A DNA stretch of 64,000 nucleotides from Oikopleura dioica (Eukaryota; Animalia; Chordata): contig OU015566.1 of assembly GCA_907165135.1 (NCBI GenBank), positions 1,240,001-1,304,000 of the forward strand. Direction: 5' to 3'. Position 1 is the first letter of the stretch; every line of letters begins with the position of its first letter. Positions 1 to 10,086 of the stretch are shown piece by piece. A program made the position numbers and the translations under genes. The notes below the pieces were generated by a model, which saw only the letters and a program-made list of their open reading frames with translations, made no database searches and was not told the DNA's origin.

Positions 1-146
1 CTTTTTCAATTCAAGTCCTTTTTTAATTCAATGAATTTTAGAAACAGATTTGCGACGTGTTTTTAACTAATTTTTTTCCACCGTGTTGATCAAAATTGAT
101 GTCGTGAAATAATTTTCTCCGTTCCATTCGTTAATTCCTGTTTTAG

Positions 147-1424
147 CCAAAGTCGCGCGAGCGTGCTTTAGAAAGAGCGAAGAAGCACGTTTTGAACGAA
201 TACCTCGCCATCGGAATCCTCGAAGATATTGAAAACACACTCACGTGAGTATTACACGAAAAAGATGAAATTTTATAATCAAACAGCAAGTTTTGTTTAT
301 TTTTGAAGGATTTCAAGAAAAATAGAAAAATTAGGAAATATTTTTTTTTTATTTTTATTAAATAAAAATAATAATAAATAAATAGTAAATTATTTTAAAA
401 AAATTTGAGAATTTTTATTATTCCCAAAAAAAAATTGAGAAATAATTTTTTTTTAAATTAAAAATTTAATTTGAAAAAAAAAATGGTAGAGATTTTTCTA
501 TGGTTATATAATCACGCTTCAAAATTCTTGAGGCGTTCAAGGAATTTTCAGCTGTCCCTCAGGAATCTTTATGTTGAGTCATTTCGGAATTTTTTCATTC
601 TTCGTTCTCTTTTCTCTCTGTTTCCCGTTTCCTCATTTTTAACACCGTATAATCTCATTTCCTGACTTCTTTTAGACTCTTCGAGCGAATGGTGCCAACA
701 GTTTTTCATGGAGCACCGGCGGTTTACCGTGCAATCGGGGAGACCATCACGAACCAGGTACGTTCATCCCGTTTTTAATCCCTTCTCTTGCGCGACCAGA
801 GCGCGAATTAAAAGAATTGGTTTTCTGTGACTTAACCTCTTTTTTGCGAAAATCACTGTGAAAAAGCTTATAAAAGAAGAAGGCCCTTAACCTTTTTTGG
901 CGCCCTTGGAAAGTCGCCGAATGTCGTTTAATGTCGCCTTATTTCGCTGAATGTCATCGAATGTCGCCAAATGTCGCCAAATCTTCCTTTTTCTAATAAA
1001 AATACAGACATTTGAAAACTAAGTGGCGTCATTCGGCGACATTTGGTGACATTCAGCGACATTTGGCGACATTCGGTGACATTTAGCGACATTCGGCGCT
1101 ATTCAGCGACATCCAGCGATATTTAGCGACTTTGCCAGTGTCGCCCACCTTTTTTTGATAATTTTTGGAGAACATATTTCTAGCCAATAAAAAATAAACA
1201 TTTTTTGTAGCAACCAATCAAAAATCTTCTCAAAATTTGAAAACCTCTCTTTTGCTTCTCTCATTTTAATCACGCTTCAGACTTCGACTGCTAAAAAAGA
1301 GCCCGTCTCCGCAGAAGTCCGGGAAAAGCTCGAAAAGGGCCCACTCCGCCACCAGGTCGATCTCTACAATTTGATCAAAGCGACTTATGAGCAAAAACTC
1401 CGCGATTTCGGAATCACAAAATAA
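147..1424 (+). CDS. 3' part of a heparan/uronyl 2-O-sulfotransferase-family gene (Sulfotransfer_2 type); 5' exons lie upstream of the window
   Basis: GT-AG exons 147-244, 676-757 and 1281-1424 splice in frame to PKSRERALERAKKHVLNEYLAIGILEDIENTLTLFERMVPTVFHGAP...DLYNLIKATYEQKLRDFGITK*. This matches the ALERAK..V...Y..VGILE / LE..LP.FF.GA C-terminal pattern of HS2ST/UST/Pipe enzymes. Confidence 0.75.
899..1146. mobile_element. Foldback non-autonomous DNA transposon, Mutator-like, intronic
   Basis: TIRs GGCGCCCTTGGAAAGTCGCC / GCGACTTTGCCAGTGTCGCCC; arms built of 11-nt repeats (ATGTCGCCGAA left, TTCGGCGACAT right); 9-bp direct repeat ACCTTTTTT at 890-898 and 1147-1155. Confidence 0.75.
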
Positions 1425-1748
1425 TCTGCTAAAACTAAAGAAGTAGAAATTACTCAAAACACAAAAGAAAAATTAACTGTACATTCATACAACTGTCGAT
1501 TAACTGTACATATTTCAATATTTAAAAAAATGAAAATGTTCTTGATCGGGATGCCCCGAAATGACCTGTGACATTTTTGAAAATCGTTAACCTCACGAAG
1601 AGAGGTTGTGACTCATTATTTGCCTGTATGTCTTTTTTTATACACAAACTTAATATTTATCAATAAAAAGCATTTCTTTCCTTTGGAAAGATTTCTCTGT
1701 ACAATCTTAATTTCCGCCATATTTCTTATTTTTTTATTGAATTTGCAT

Positions 1749-2141
1749 TTAAGGGGGTAGGAACAGCTTTTTCCGAAAAAGGCGATTTTTGACCGGCGCT
1801 ACAGACAAGAGAATCTTACATTTTCAAATTATCTCTTCAGGTTTAGATAGATACATCTTAGTTCTAGGAACATCTCTCTCGAAATTTGCTTTAGTCATCA
1901 AATTTTTGAGTAAACGGGCTCAGAAGCAGCTCATCTCTCCGAAATTCTCGATTTTCGCAAATTTTTAAACACGTATATCTCGAGTCCCCTGATAGTTAAA
2001 CAAATTTCATTCAGATTTTTGTGAAGCTCAACCCTTTTTCTGGGAACATTTATGAGGAAATTCCGTGAACATAAATAAATCTTATGTTTTCTTTTATGTA
2101 GCTGCAGTCCAAAATCGAGGAAGCTATTTCTACCCCCTTAA
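1749..2141. mobile_element. TTAA-flanked MITE with GG..CC termini (Kolobok-like)
   Basis: TTAA-GGGGGTAGGAACAGCTT ... AAGCTATTTCTACCCCC-TTAA; related ends and internal sequence at 20883-21593. Confidence 0.75.
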
Positions 2142-2326
2142 GAGATTTTTTTAAATTTTCGTAGTGGCTAAGACAGAAGAGTTAAGGTTAGGTTTTCCCG
2201 GAAACGACTTTTATTATTGAAAATTCGAGCAAAAATCGTTCCCTGAAAGTTGTAGCGAGCCTGTCGATCGGACACCTTCATATGACGAGGGTTATTCTTA
2301 AGCTTAGGGACGGAATTATGCAATAA

Positions 2327-2526
2327 GAATTGGTACAGGAACAATTCTTCTAAAATTTGGCCAAGATTGGTATGATAACCCTAACCCTTGATCCTTATCC
2401 AGGGGGCTACGCACCCGGGACCACCAATAGTTACTCCCAACCCCTAACCCTATCCCCTAACCGAGAAGAGGTTTGGTATAATACCCATTCTAGCTATATT
2501 ATAAAGAATTGGTCCTGTACCGATTC
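2327..2526. mobile_element. MITE with ~50-bp TIRs and a CCCTAA-rich core (copy 1 of 2)
   Basis: GAATTGGTACAGGAACAATTCTT...GATTGGTATGATA on the left, TACCCATTCTAG...AAGAATTGGTCCTGTACCGATTC on the right; same TIRs at 15856-16243. No clear TSD, so superfamily uncertain. Confidence 0.65.
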
Positions 2527-3447
2527 CAATTGGAGTGCACGCTGTTGGATTTGGTAATCCTAAGTCAGTGACATCATCAAAGTTGGGTTCAATTCCCATG
2601 CCAGGGACTTCGATGTTCACAGGATTAAAATTCCACATCAGCGCACACAACGTTTTTTGTGCTTTTTGTGCTCATGTGCTGAGAAATACGCTGGCTTTCT
2701 AGTATTTCTCATATAACGGAGAAGGACAAAAACGAGCATCTCGGAAGTTTGGACTTTCCCCTACCCTCGTCAGTTGTTTGTGCGCATTTAGCGTCTTGAC
2801 AGCGCCCGATCAAGGGGATCAAGTGGAAAAGACGTTCTCCGAGGAAATTGGCATTTTTAAAACTTGATCTGCGCTGCCGAAACTACTCAGGCGGATAAAC
2901 AGGACACATTTTCTCTCTCTTCAGACGCCGTCATAAAAATATTGCTCTTTTCAATTAAATATTTTTGGGGTTTCTCGAGTTCAGAAAAAAAGCAAAGAGT
3001 TCGGTTTTTTGAAGAAAAAATCAGTGGAAAATTACGAGAAAACGTGGTTAGCTCGTTTCAAACGAACAATTTTGGTATTATCTTCGGTCCATTTAGGGCG
3101 CGTCCAAATAATGCATCCGCTTTGTCGACAGCTTACTTAGTTCATACGTCCTAGCTCAATTCTTCTTACAGTTGTCATCCTCTCTTCCCGTTATTCTTCG
3201 ATTGACGAATTTTTAATGATACAAAATGATGAAAAAAAGATGAGAGTTCCGGTGAAGGCTTTAAATTAAGCCGGCCGCAATATTTCTTTTCGACGGAAAA
3301 TGAGCTTCTCCAGATAGTTTTGCGGTTTTCTTTGATGATTGGAGCTTGGTTTGAATGAAAATATTGATTTTGATGGGGGAGATAATCACTCATTTTGACA
3401 AATATAAGAGAAAAATTTTTATTGAATCCTTTTTTTATTTTTAAATT

Positions 3448-3493
3448 TAACCCTCACCCTAGCACTAACCCTAACCCTAACCCTAACCCTTAC
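3448..3493. repeat. Interstitial telomere-like (CCCTAA)n tract
   Basis: CACTAACCCTAACCCTAACCCTAACCCTTACC; similar tracts at 5489-5548 and near 44966-44982. Confidence 0.65.
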
Positions 3494-3971
3494 CAAAGTG
3501 TTCTTTTTTAGACGTAGTAGAAAGCTATTGTCGCAGAGTTTACCGAATCTGGCTATTATTTTCCCCGAACGGGTACTACGCATAAGCCAACATAGAAGTT
3601 ATTTTTAAGTGTGCCCGAAAAAGATAATCCAAGACCGAGATTATGAAAGATGCTTTTGATGGCACTTTTTTCATCTTTAGATAGTTTGTTCTATCAAGAT
3701 AACCAGGCGAAATGAACGAGTCTCTCTTCAGAATTGACTTCATAATTGATTTTCTTGGACGGAGAATTGCTTGTTGATCTTGATCAATTTTGATAGTCAT
3801 TTGAACTACTTGTGTAGAATGGCTGAGAATGTATAGAAATAAACTCTCACATGAATACAAACAGAGCAATAAGGTGACAGATAGACTATTAACAATTCAT
3901 TAATGAGATGATAAAAAAAGATGGCTAATTAACGATTTGAGTGTTTATTCGGAGATGACGAGTCGAGCCGA

Positions 3972-4200
3972 CAAAATTTCGGTCTAATTCTATAAATGGA
4001 AGTGAATTTTTGATTTCCAATAAGATAATGTATTTTGCCTACCCTAATAAAAAGCCTTATCCATGAAATCAGTTTCATATTTTGGTTAAACCGAAAATTT
4101 TAGGACTAAACTAATTTTCGGAAGTGAATTCTTGGATTGCCAATAAGATTGCTGTATTAAGCCTACCATCCAATCAAAACCCTTTCCATAAAAATCTGTT
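3972..4200 (-). repeat. Dimer of a dispersed ~120-bp repeat with a double ATTGG/CCAAT core
   Basis: CCAATAAGAT..GTATT..GCCTACC recurs near 4017 and 4140 (period ~121); homologous units at ~6803, ~10434, ~16703-16900, ~19775 and ~25407. Confidence 0.7.
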
Positions 4201-4894
4201 CCAAAAATTGGTTCTACCCAAATTTTACGAAATTCAAATTTTTCGAATTTTTTCGAAAATTCGGGAAACACAATCGAGTTTTTCTGCCGATTGGTGCCAC
4301 ATGCCTTAAAATTCTTAAAACAAGTATCTTTAGCCTAACCTTAACCCTTACTCAGTAAGCTTACTGTATCAAGGAATAAAAGATGATTCCATCCAATTCT
4401 TTGTTTGATCCGCATCACAGTCGCTCAAAAGAAAAATCGCCCCATCATCGTTATCTTTTTGCATATTGAAGTCATACAGTAAGATGGCGCTCTAAAGAAA
4501 CTGCGGTATAAATATTCTCGGAGAGGGCATGGTGATAAAGTGTACAAAAAAACTCCGATGAAGTGTGAAGCATTTTTCCTTCTCTTTGGATTAGGAAACA
4601 GTTTTTACGTCAAAGAGAAAAAAGAAAATGAAGATTTTTTCAAGGAAATTATTGAAAAAACGATGATTCGTTCGTTTGAAAAAATTTTCAATCACTCAAA
4701 AAGGTTGATCGAGTCCGACGAAATTTGCATCAAACCAACAATCGCTGGTATATAGGAAATGAAGAAGATTCGCTTGTTCTTCCAATGAATGAAAATGCAG
4801 AAGAAAATGATGGAGGGGAGCTGTATTTTCTTTTACTATAAAATTTTATTTTCAATATACAAAGTTTATCTATTTTTCCTGTTTTTCTACCTTG

Positions 4895-5062
4895 GGTGGG
4901 GGGTTGGTCAAGGGGGCGTAGCCCCCTTGGTAAGGGTTAGTGGCAGCTCGAATGATAACCCCGACAAACCCCCAGACTACCAAATCAGCGACCCTGGTTG
5001 AGGGTCCCGGGGGCGTGGCCCCTGGGTTAGGTTAGGGGTCGCTCGAATGATAAACCCCGACG
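4895..5062. repeat. Tandem duplicated GC hairpin plus TTAGGG-like unit
   Basis: GGGGGCGTAGCCCCC-TTGGTAAGGGTTAG..GCTCGAATGATAACCCCGAC repeated as GGGGGCGTGGCCCC-TGGGTTAGGTTAGGG..GCTCGAATGATAAACCCCGAC. Confidence 0.55.
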
Positions 5063-5288
5063 AGCAGATTAGTCGGCGAATTTTGAGCTTCAGATGGAGA
5101 CAACAAGGACATCTGAGTTGAACTTCGAGTTTTATGAAAAAGTCAATAAAGCCTCAAAATCTCGCGGCAGCGGAAAGAAATGCTCGTTGTTTGCATTACG
5201 AGCATAACTTTCTTGGTACACGACAAATATTCACTACCGCCCCAAATAAAGGAACCCCAGATTTTTTGTTTTATGAAATTTTAAAGAA

Positions 5289-8200
5289 ATGGAAGGAGAG
5301 ACAAACGACGCTTACGTCACTAGTTTTGATGATGTCGAAATTAATGATGACAGAGAAAGAGAGGGCCAAACAGGAAGTGAAACAGAGAAGATGGAAGAGG
5401 AGGATATGGATGCTTTCGAGTTCAATTTGATTACGGTAAAATTTGGCGATGAAAATTTTTTTTTTCAATAATTTTAAAAATTTTCTCAACCCTAACCCTA
5501 ACCCCAAATCTAACCCTAACCCGTATCCAAGCTCTAACCCTAACCCTAAAATACTTTTTCAGGACTATCAAAATGTCGAAAAAGAAGACAAAAATCTCAT
5601 CTTTTACCTCGTCATGCCTTTTTTGAAACTCGCCATTTTCATCAGCAATCATGCTCGTTTCTTCAAAATCGGAATCGTCCTTACCCTGATCGCTGGATTC
5701 ATCATTTACACTGGCTTTGCCCTTTCGATAAATTTCGGAGAAGCATTGATTCCTCTCGTTCTGGGCTGTCTGGCAGTCTTTTTTATTTGCTGGGACAAGT
5801 TTATGCTCAAATATGAGGACAAGATCGGCGATTGGTACACGACTTCGACGAAGAATTCGCCTACTTTTTGGCGGCTTCTGAAGATTATTTCGGGCCTAGC
5901 TGTTTGTGGAGTTCTTTTAGGTTTGGTAAGGCAATGTCTGTTATATTTTAGCAAATTCGGTAAATGATTTAGCTTGTTTACGACATTTTCTTCGCCGAGG
6001 AAAAAATCAAGGAGAAGAACTTGGTCGCCTGCGCTGGAATTCTCGTCTACTCTCTTTTATGCATTCTCATGTCACGAGCTCCGCACAAGATCAATTTCCG
6101 AACAGTCATTTGGGCCTTTGGAATTCAAATCGTTTTCGGCATCTTTGTTTTGAGAACTACAGCTGGTTTCATCGCCTTTGACGTAAGTTTCTCTCCATTG
6201 CTTCATTTTTCATCAATTTCAGTGGCTTTCGAGTCAAATTCAAAAATTCCTCGACTATTCGAAATGCGGCTCCCTCGCTGTTTTCGGCAATTCGGAAGGC
6301 GATATTTCCTCTTTCGCCTTTTCCGCCCTTCCGACAGTAATTTACTTTTCCATGGTCATCGCGGTCCTGTACTACACTGGAATCATGCCGTATTTCATCA
6401 AAAAAATCTCCTGGATAATGGAAATCACGTGCGATGTCAGCGGCCCGGAAGCGATTGTTTGCGTTGGCAATATTTTCGTCGGGCAGACAGAGTCCCCGCT
6501 GCTGATCAAGCCCTTTATCAAGAACTTAACGCAATCGGAACTTTTTGTCGTCATGGTTTCTGGACTAGGTAAGATAAGAAAAATCTCGGGGCGCCCTGGG
6601 AAAGTAGCAAAATGTCGCCGAATGCCGCCAAATGTCGCTGAATGTCGCCGAATGTCGCTACTTTTTTTGAAAACAGGCATTTTGAAAGAAAATTGAGTGG
6701 GGACATTCGGCGACATTCGGCGACAGTCAGCGACATTCGGCGACATTAGGCGACTTTCCCAATGTCGCCCAAAATGTCTGGTAGAACCAAGAGAAGGAAG
6801 TGATTTCAGGGATCTGGGTTTTGATTGGTCGGTTGCCCAAATACAGCTAGCTCATTGGTCTTCAGAAAATGCACTTCCTTTTGATGGTTCTAGCCGAAAT
6901 GTCCTCAGACTGTAGGAAAGAAAATAAACTTAATGGTAAATAAAAATCAAAAACAAGATTTTCGGATTCTTGGCTCTTGTAGAATTTGTTCTTTTTCCAC
7001 TCAATCATGCCTGTATCGCCCCGTTTCAGCTGTGTTTAGCCTCGATTGCTGGATCAGTCTTCGGCCTATTCGTAAACATGGGAATCGACTCTACCGCCCT
7101 GCTGACAGCCTGCGTTATGTCAGCCCCAGGCTCGCTTGCTATCGCAAAGATGGTTTATCCAGAAGTAAATTCGTGAAAAAAAATTTTCGTCTCAACAATT
7201 TTCAGCTTCAAAAATCGAAATTTCGCGGCAAAAACAGCAAAAGCGATGAAAAGCAAGAGCAAACAGCAAACAACGCCCTTGAAGCCGCTTCCGCCGGGAT
7301 CATTGACTCGATCCCACTCGTCGCTGCTATTGCCGCGATGCTTATTGGATTCCAGTCGCTGACCTTTTGGCTCAATGATGCAATTCATTGGATGGGAGAG
7401 TCGGTTGGATACGACAACTGGAGCTTTGACATTCTTCTCAGCTACATTTTCTACCCTTTCACGATTCTTCTCGGGCTCGAAATGTCGGAAGTTTTCTCTG
7501 GTAAGAAAGAAGCATTGCTAAGCCTAACTTAAGGTGGTAGATATCAAGAATCGCCATTTTCCGTCAGACTTTTTTCCCAAAGTTAAAATAGTAACACCCT
7601 TATTTTTCTTTGAAAACCAAAATTTTAGACCTTTATCGATTTTTTATGAAAGCCGAAATTTCAGATTTCAAAAAAATTTTTAACAAAATTTTTCGTCAAA
7701 GATTGCTAATTTTCTCAAAATCGTCATTTTTGCAACAATCGGAAGTGCCAGATTTGCATTGAAGCTTCTCAAAAACTCAATAAATCTAAATTTTTGGCTT
7801 TCATAGGAAATAGATAATTGCCTGAAATAAATTTTGAGCAGAAAAATTAAGGGGGTCACTGTACTAAAATTTTGAGAAAACACTGACAGGAAATCCGATT
7901 CGTGATGTCCACCCCGTTAAGGGTGTCAACATTTTTTTTGACGAAATCGACGTGAACACCCTTAATGGTAACGAAAATTTTAGTTGCCCTGATGGTTGGC
8001 CAAAAAACTTTCTTCACCGAAATCGTCGCCTACACAACTCTTCAAGAAAACATCGAAAACCGCGAAAAATTTCTCCCAAAGTGCGATTGCGAAGGAAATG
8101 TCATGTGGCTCTCGGAAAGGTCAGAAATCTTGACGACGTACGCGCTCTCGGGTTTTGCCAATTTCGCCAGTATTGGTATCGTCATTGGTGGTCTCTCTGG

Positions 8201-8563
8201 CATGGCGCCTCAAAGAAGGGGGATGCTGTCCAAGTAAGAGGGGGGAAATGAAAGGTTGTTGTAGTGATTTTAGGCTTGGAATGCTGGCTTTGTTGACCGC
8301 GACGATCAGTTGCATGGAACGAGCTTGTGTCGCTTCGATTCTTTACGCAGGTTTGCTCGATCTTCAGGTCAAACACCTCATTTCATTATCAAGAGGGTGA
8401 GAATCCCTTTCTCTGGGGCAGCCAAAATCTAAGAGGATGCGAATTCGTCGACAACGAACTCGGTTCCGGCTGCGGAGTCAGTTGCAATGGAGTGTTGATT
8501 AATTCGACAGAAAGTTGCGAAGTCTACGGCCCTGCGGGAGGACAAAGATCCTGCTTCGATTGA
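5289..8563 (+). CDS. SLC28A: Concentrative Na+/nucleoside cotransporter (CNT, SLC28 family)
   Basis: About 10 exons splice in frame. Family motifs: INFRTVIWAFGIQIVFGIFVLRT, FAFSALPTVIYFSMVIAVLYYTG, GNIFVGQTESPLLIKPF, ASIAGSV, ACVMSAPGSLAIAKMVYPE, TYALSGFANFASIGIVIGGL. Stop at 8563. Confidence 0.95.
6589..6770. mobile_element. Second copy of the 11-nt-repeat foldback element, in a CNT intron
   Basis: GGGCGCCCTGGGAAAGTAGC...GGCGACTTTCCCAATGTCGCCC with ATGTCGCCGAA / TTCGGCGACAT arms; TSD degenerate. Confidence 0.75.
7529..7920. mobile_element. TTAA-flanked Kolobok-like MITE in a CNT intron
   Basis: Left end TTAAGGTGGTAGATATCAAGAATCGCC; degenerate right end CCGATTCGTGATGTCCACCCCGTTAA; inverted copy of 17918-18309. 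Confidence 0.75.
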
Positions 8564-8636
8564 AAAAAAAAATATTTTTGTTAGAATAATAAATTATTGA
8601 AACGACATGTCTTTCTTATTTCTGATTGGCTGATTT

Positions 8637-9727
8637 TTATTGAATGTTTAACACATCGCTGTTTTGGCCATCGACGTAGCTGGAGTTTTTCATCAAAGTT
8701 TTTGCATCTTTCGACTCGACCCAATCGACTGAAAATTTCCATTTCATTCTGTCGGTTTTCAAAAGGGCTTACTTTGTTCGACGCCATCCAAATCATCATC
8801 ATCTCCGTCCTCGTTGCTCTTCAGGCAGACCTTGATTCTAGCGCGCATTTCTGCCGGCAATCGCGCCAATTCGGCTTTGATGATTTCTTCCTCTTCTTCA
8901 GAATCGTAGTCTGGTTCGGTGTTCTTTCCAGCTTCGGGAATAAGGCCTCGAGCTCGCTGTTCTACGTATCGGGCGCGTTTTTCTAGAGCTGATTCTTTTT
9001 TCGACCTGAAATTTTATCGAAAAACGAAACAAAACCCGCTCTTACTTTTTCTGAGCGTCTGGTTGCCAAATACCCCCAGTTCGATATGTCTTGTAATCTT
9101 CCTCCATCTCTGGCGGTTCATCATCTTCGCCATCTTCTGGTTCTTCAACGATTGGTTCGGAAATATCGACAGGCTTTGGTGGTTCTGGATTGAGAATGCC
9201 CTCGTGCTTCAATTCTGGCGGACTCGAGCCGTGAACCTTTGGCCAGGTGATTTCCCCAGCGGTTTGTTTTTTCATCGAAACTTCGACCTAAAAATGATTT
9301 TGAAAGGGAACGGACTGTTTAAATCTTGCCTTGTTAGGAGACATCGTTAGAAGTGCTGTTTCGATTTTGACTTCATCATGAAAGTCTGCGATTTTCAAGC
9401 TGACCAGTCTCTTGAACCATCCAAAACAAGCAAATATCGTCAAATCTGAGCCAGAACTCTCGGCGTACGTTAAATTTGGATCGCATGTTTTGACATAAAT
9501 CGTCACTAGAATTTAAACTAGAGAAAGCTTCCAGAATTTTTGTAGTCGAAAATTCTTTCAAAAAAGCAATCTTGAAAAAAACCTGTGATTTTTTCAGTTG
9601 ATTGAGAAAAATCCCATCTCGGCATAAAGTTCGGATGTTCTGGATTTGGCGGTGGACCGACATTTAGTCCAATTTCTTCAAGAGCTTTTCTCAAAGTTGG
9701 TGTAACTTTATCTCGAATTCGGCCCAT
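8637..9727 (-). CDS. Multi-exon protein of unknown function with an acidic/proline-rich middle
   Basis: Exons near 9727-9590, 9506-9330, 9287-9050, 9003-8774 and 8735-8637 join through GT-AG introns and one GC-AG intron (MGRIRDKVTPTLRKALEEIGLNVGPPPNPEHPNF...EPDYDSEEEEEIIKAELARLPAEMRAR...). No family recognised. Confidence 0.5.
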
Positions 9728-10086
9728 TTCTTTTTTTTTCTTTTGATTTTTTTTCTTTCTTTTGGTTTTTTGTTCGTTTTATTTTGAGCTACAGTGAGTC
9801 GTAGTGATAGTGCGTCAGCTGTGAAAATCCACAATTGCCGCGGCAGATCTCTATTTTTGGCAATTGACGCGATTTTTCGAGCTTTTTCGAGAAACAGCCC
9901 CTCTCTCGATCCAAAATACCAGCTCCAGTTCCATTTCTAAATTGAATTAGATGAGCACCACATCATCTGAAACATTTCCTTGGACACGCTTATTAATTCA
10001 AAATTCCAACTTTTAACTGGTCCACTAGCTGGCGTTTTCTCTATTTATTCATCTCAACAACCTTTTTTTCGCAAAAAAACAAAAAG

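Noticed and set aside
2575-2610. tRNA (GGGTTCAATTCCC resembles a T-arm)
   Set aside because: No matching acceptor stem, D-arm or anticodon arm upstream.
2450-4830. Possible minus-strand gene fragments (2450-2810, 3576-3869, 4400-4830)
   Set aside because: Coding-like in places, but I could not build a consistent spliced frame or recognise a family.
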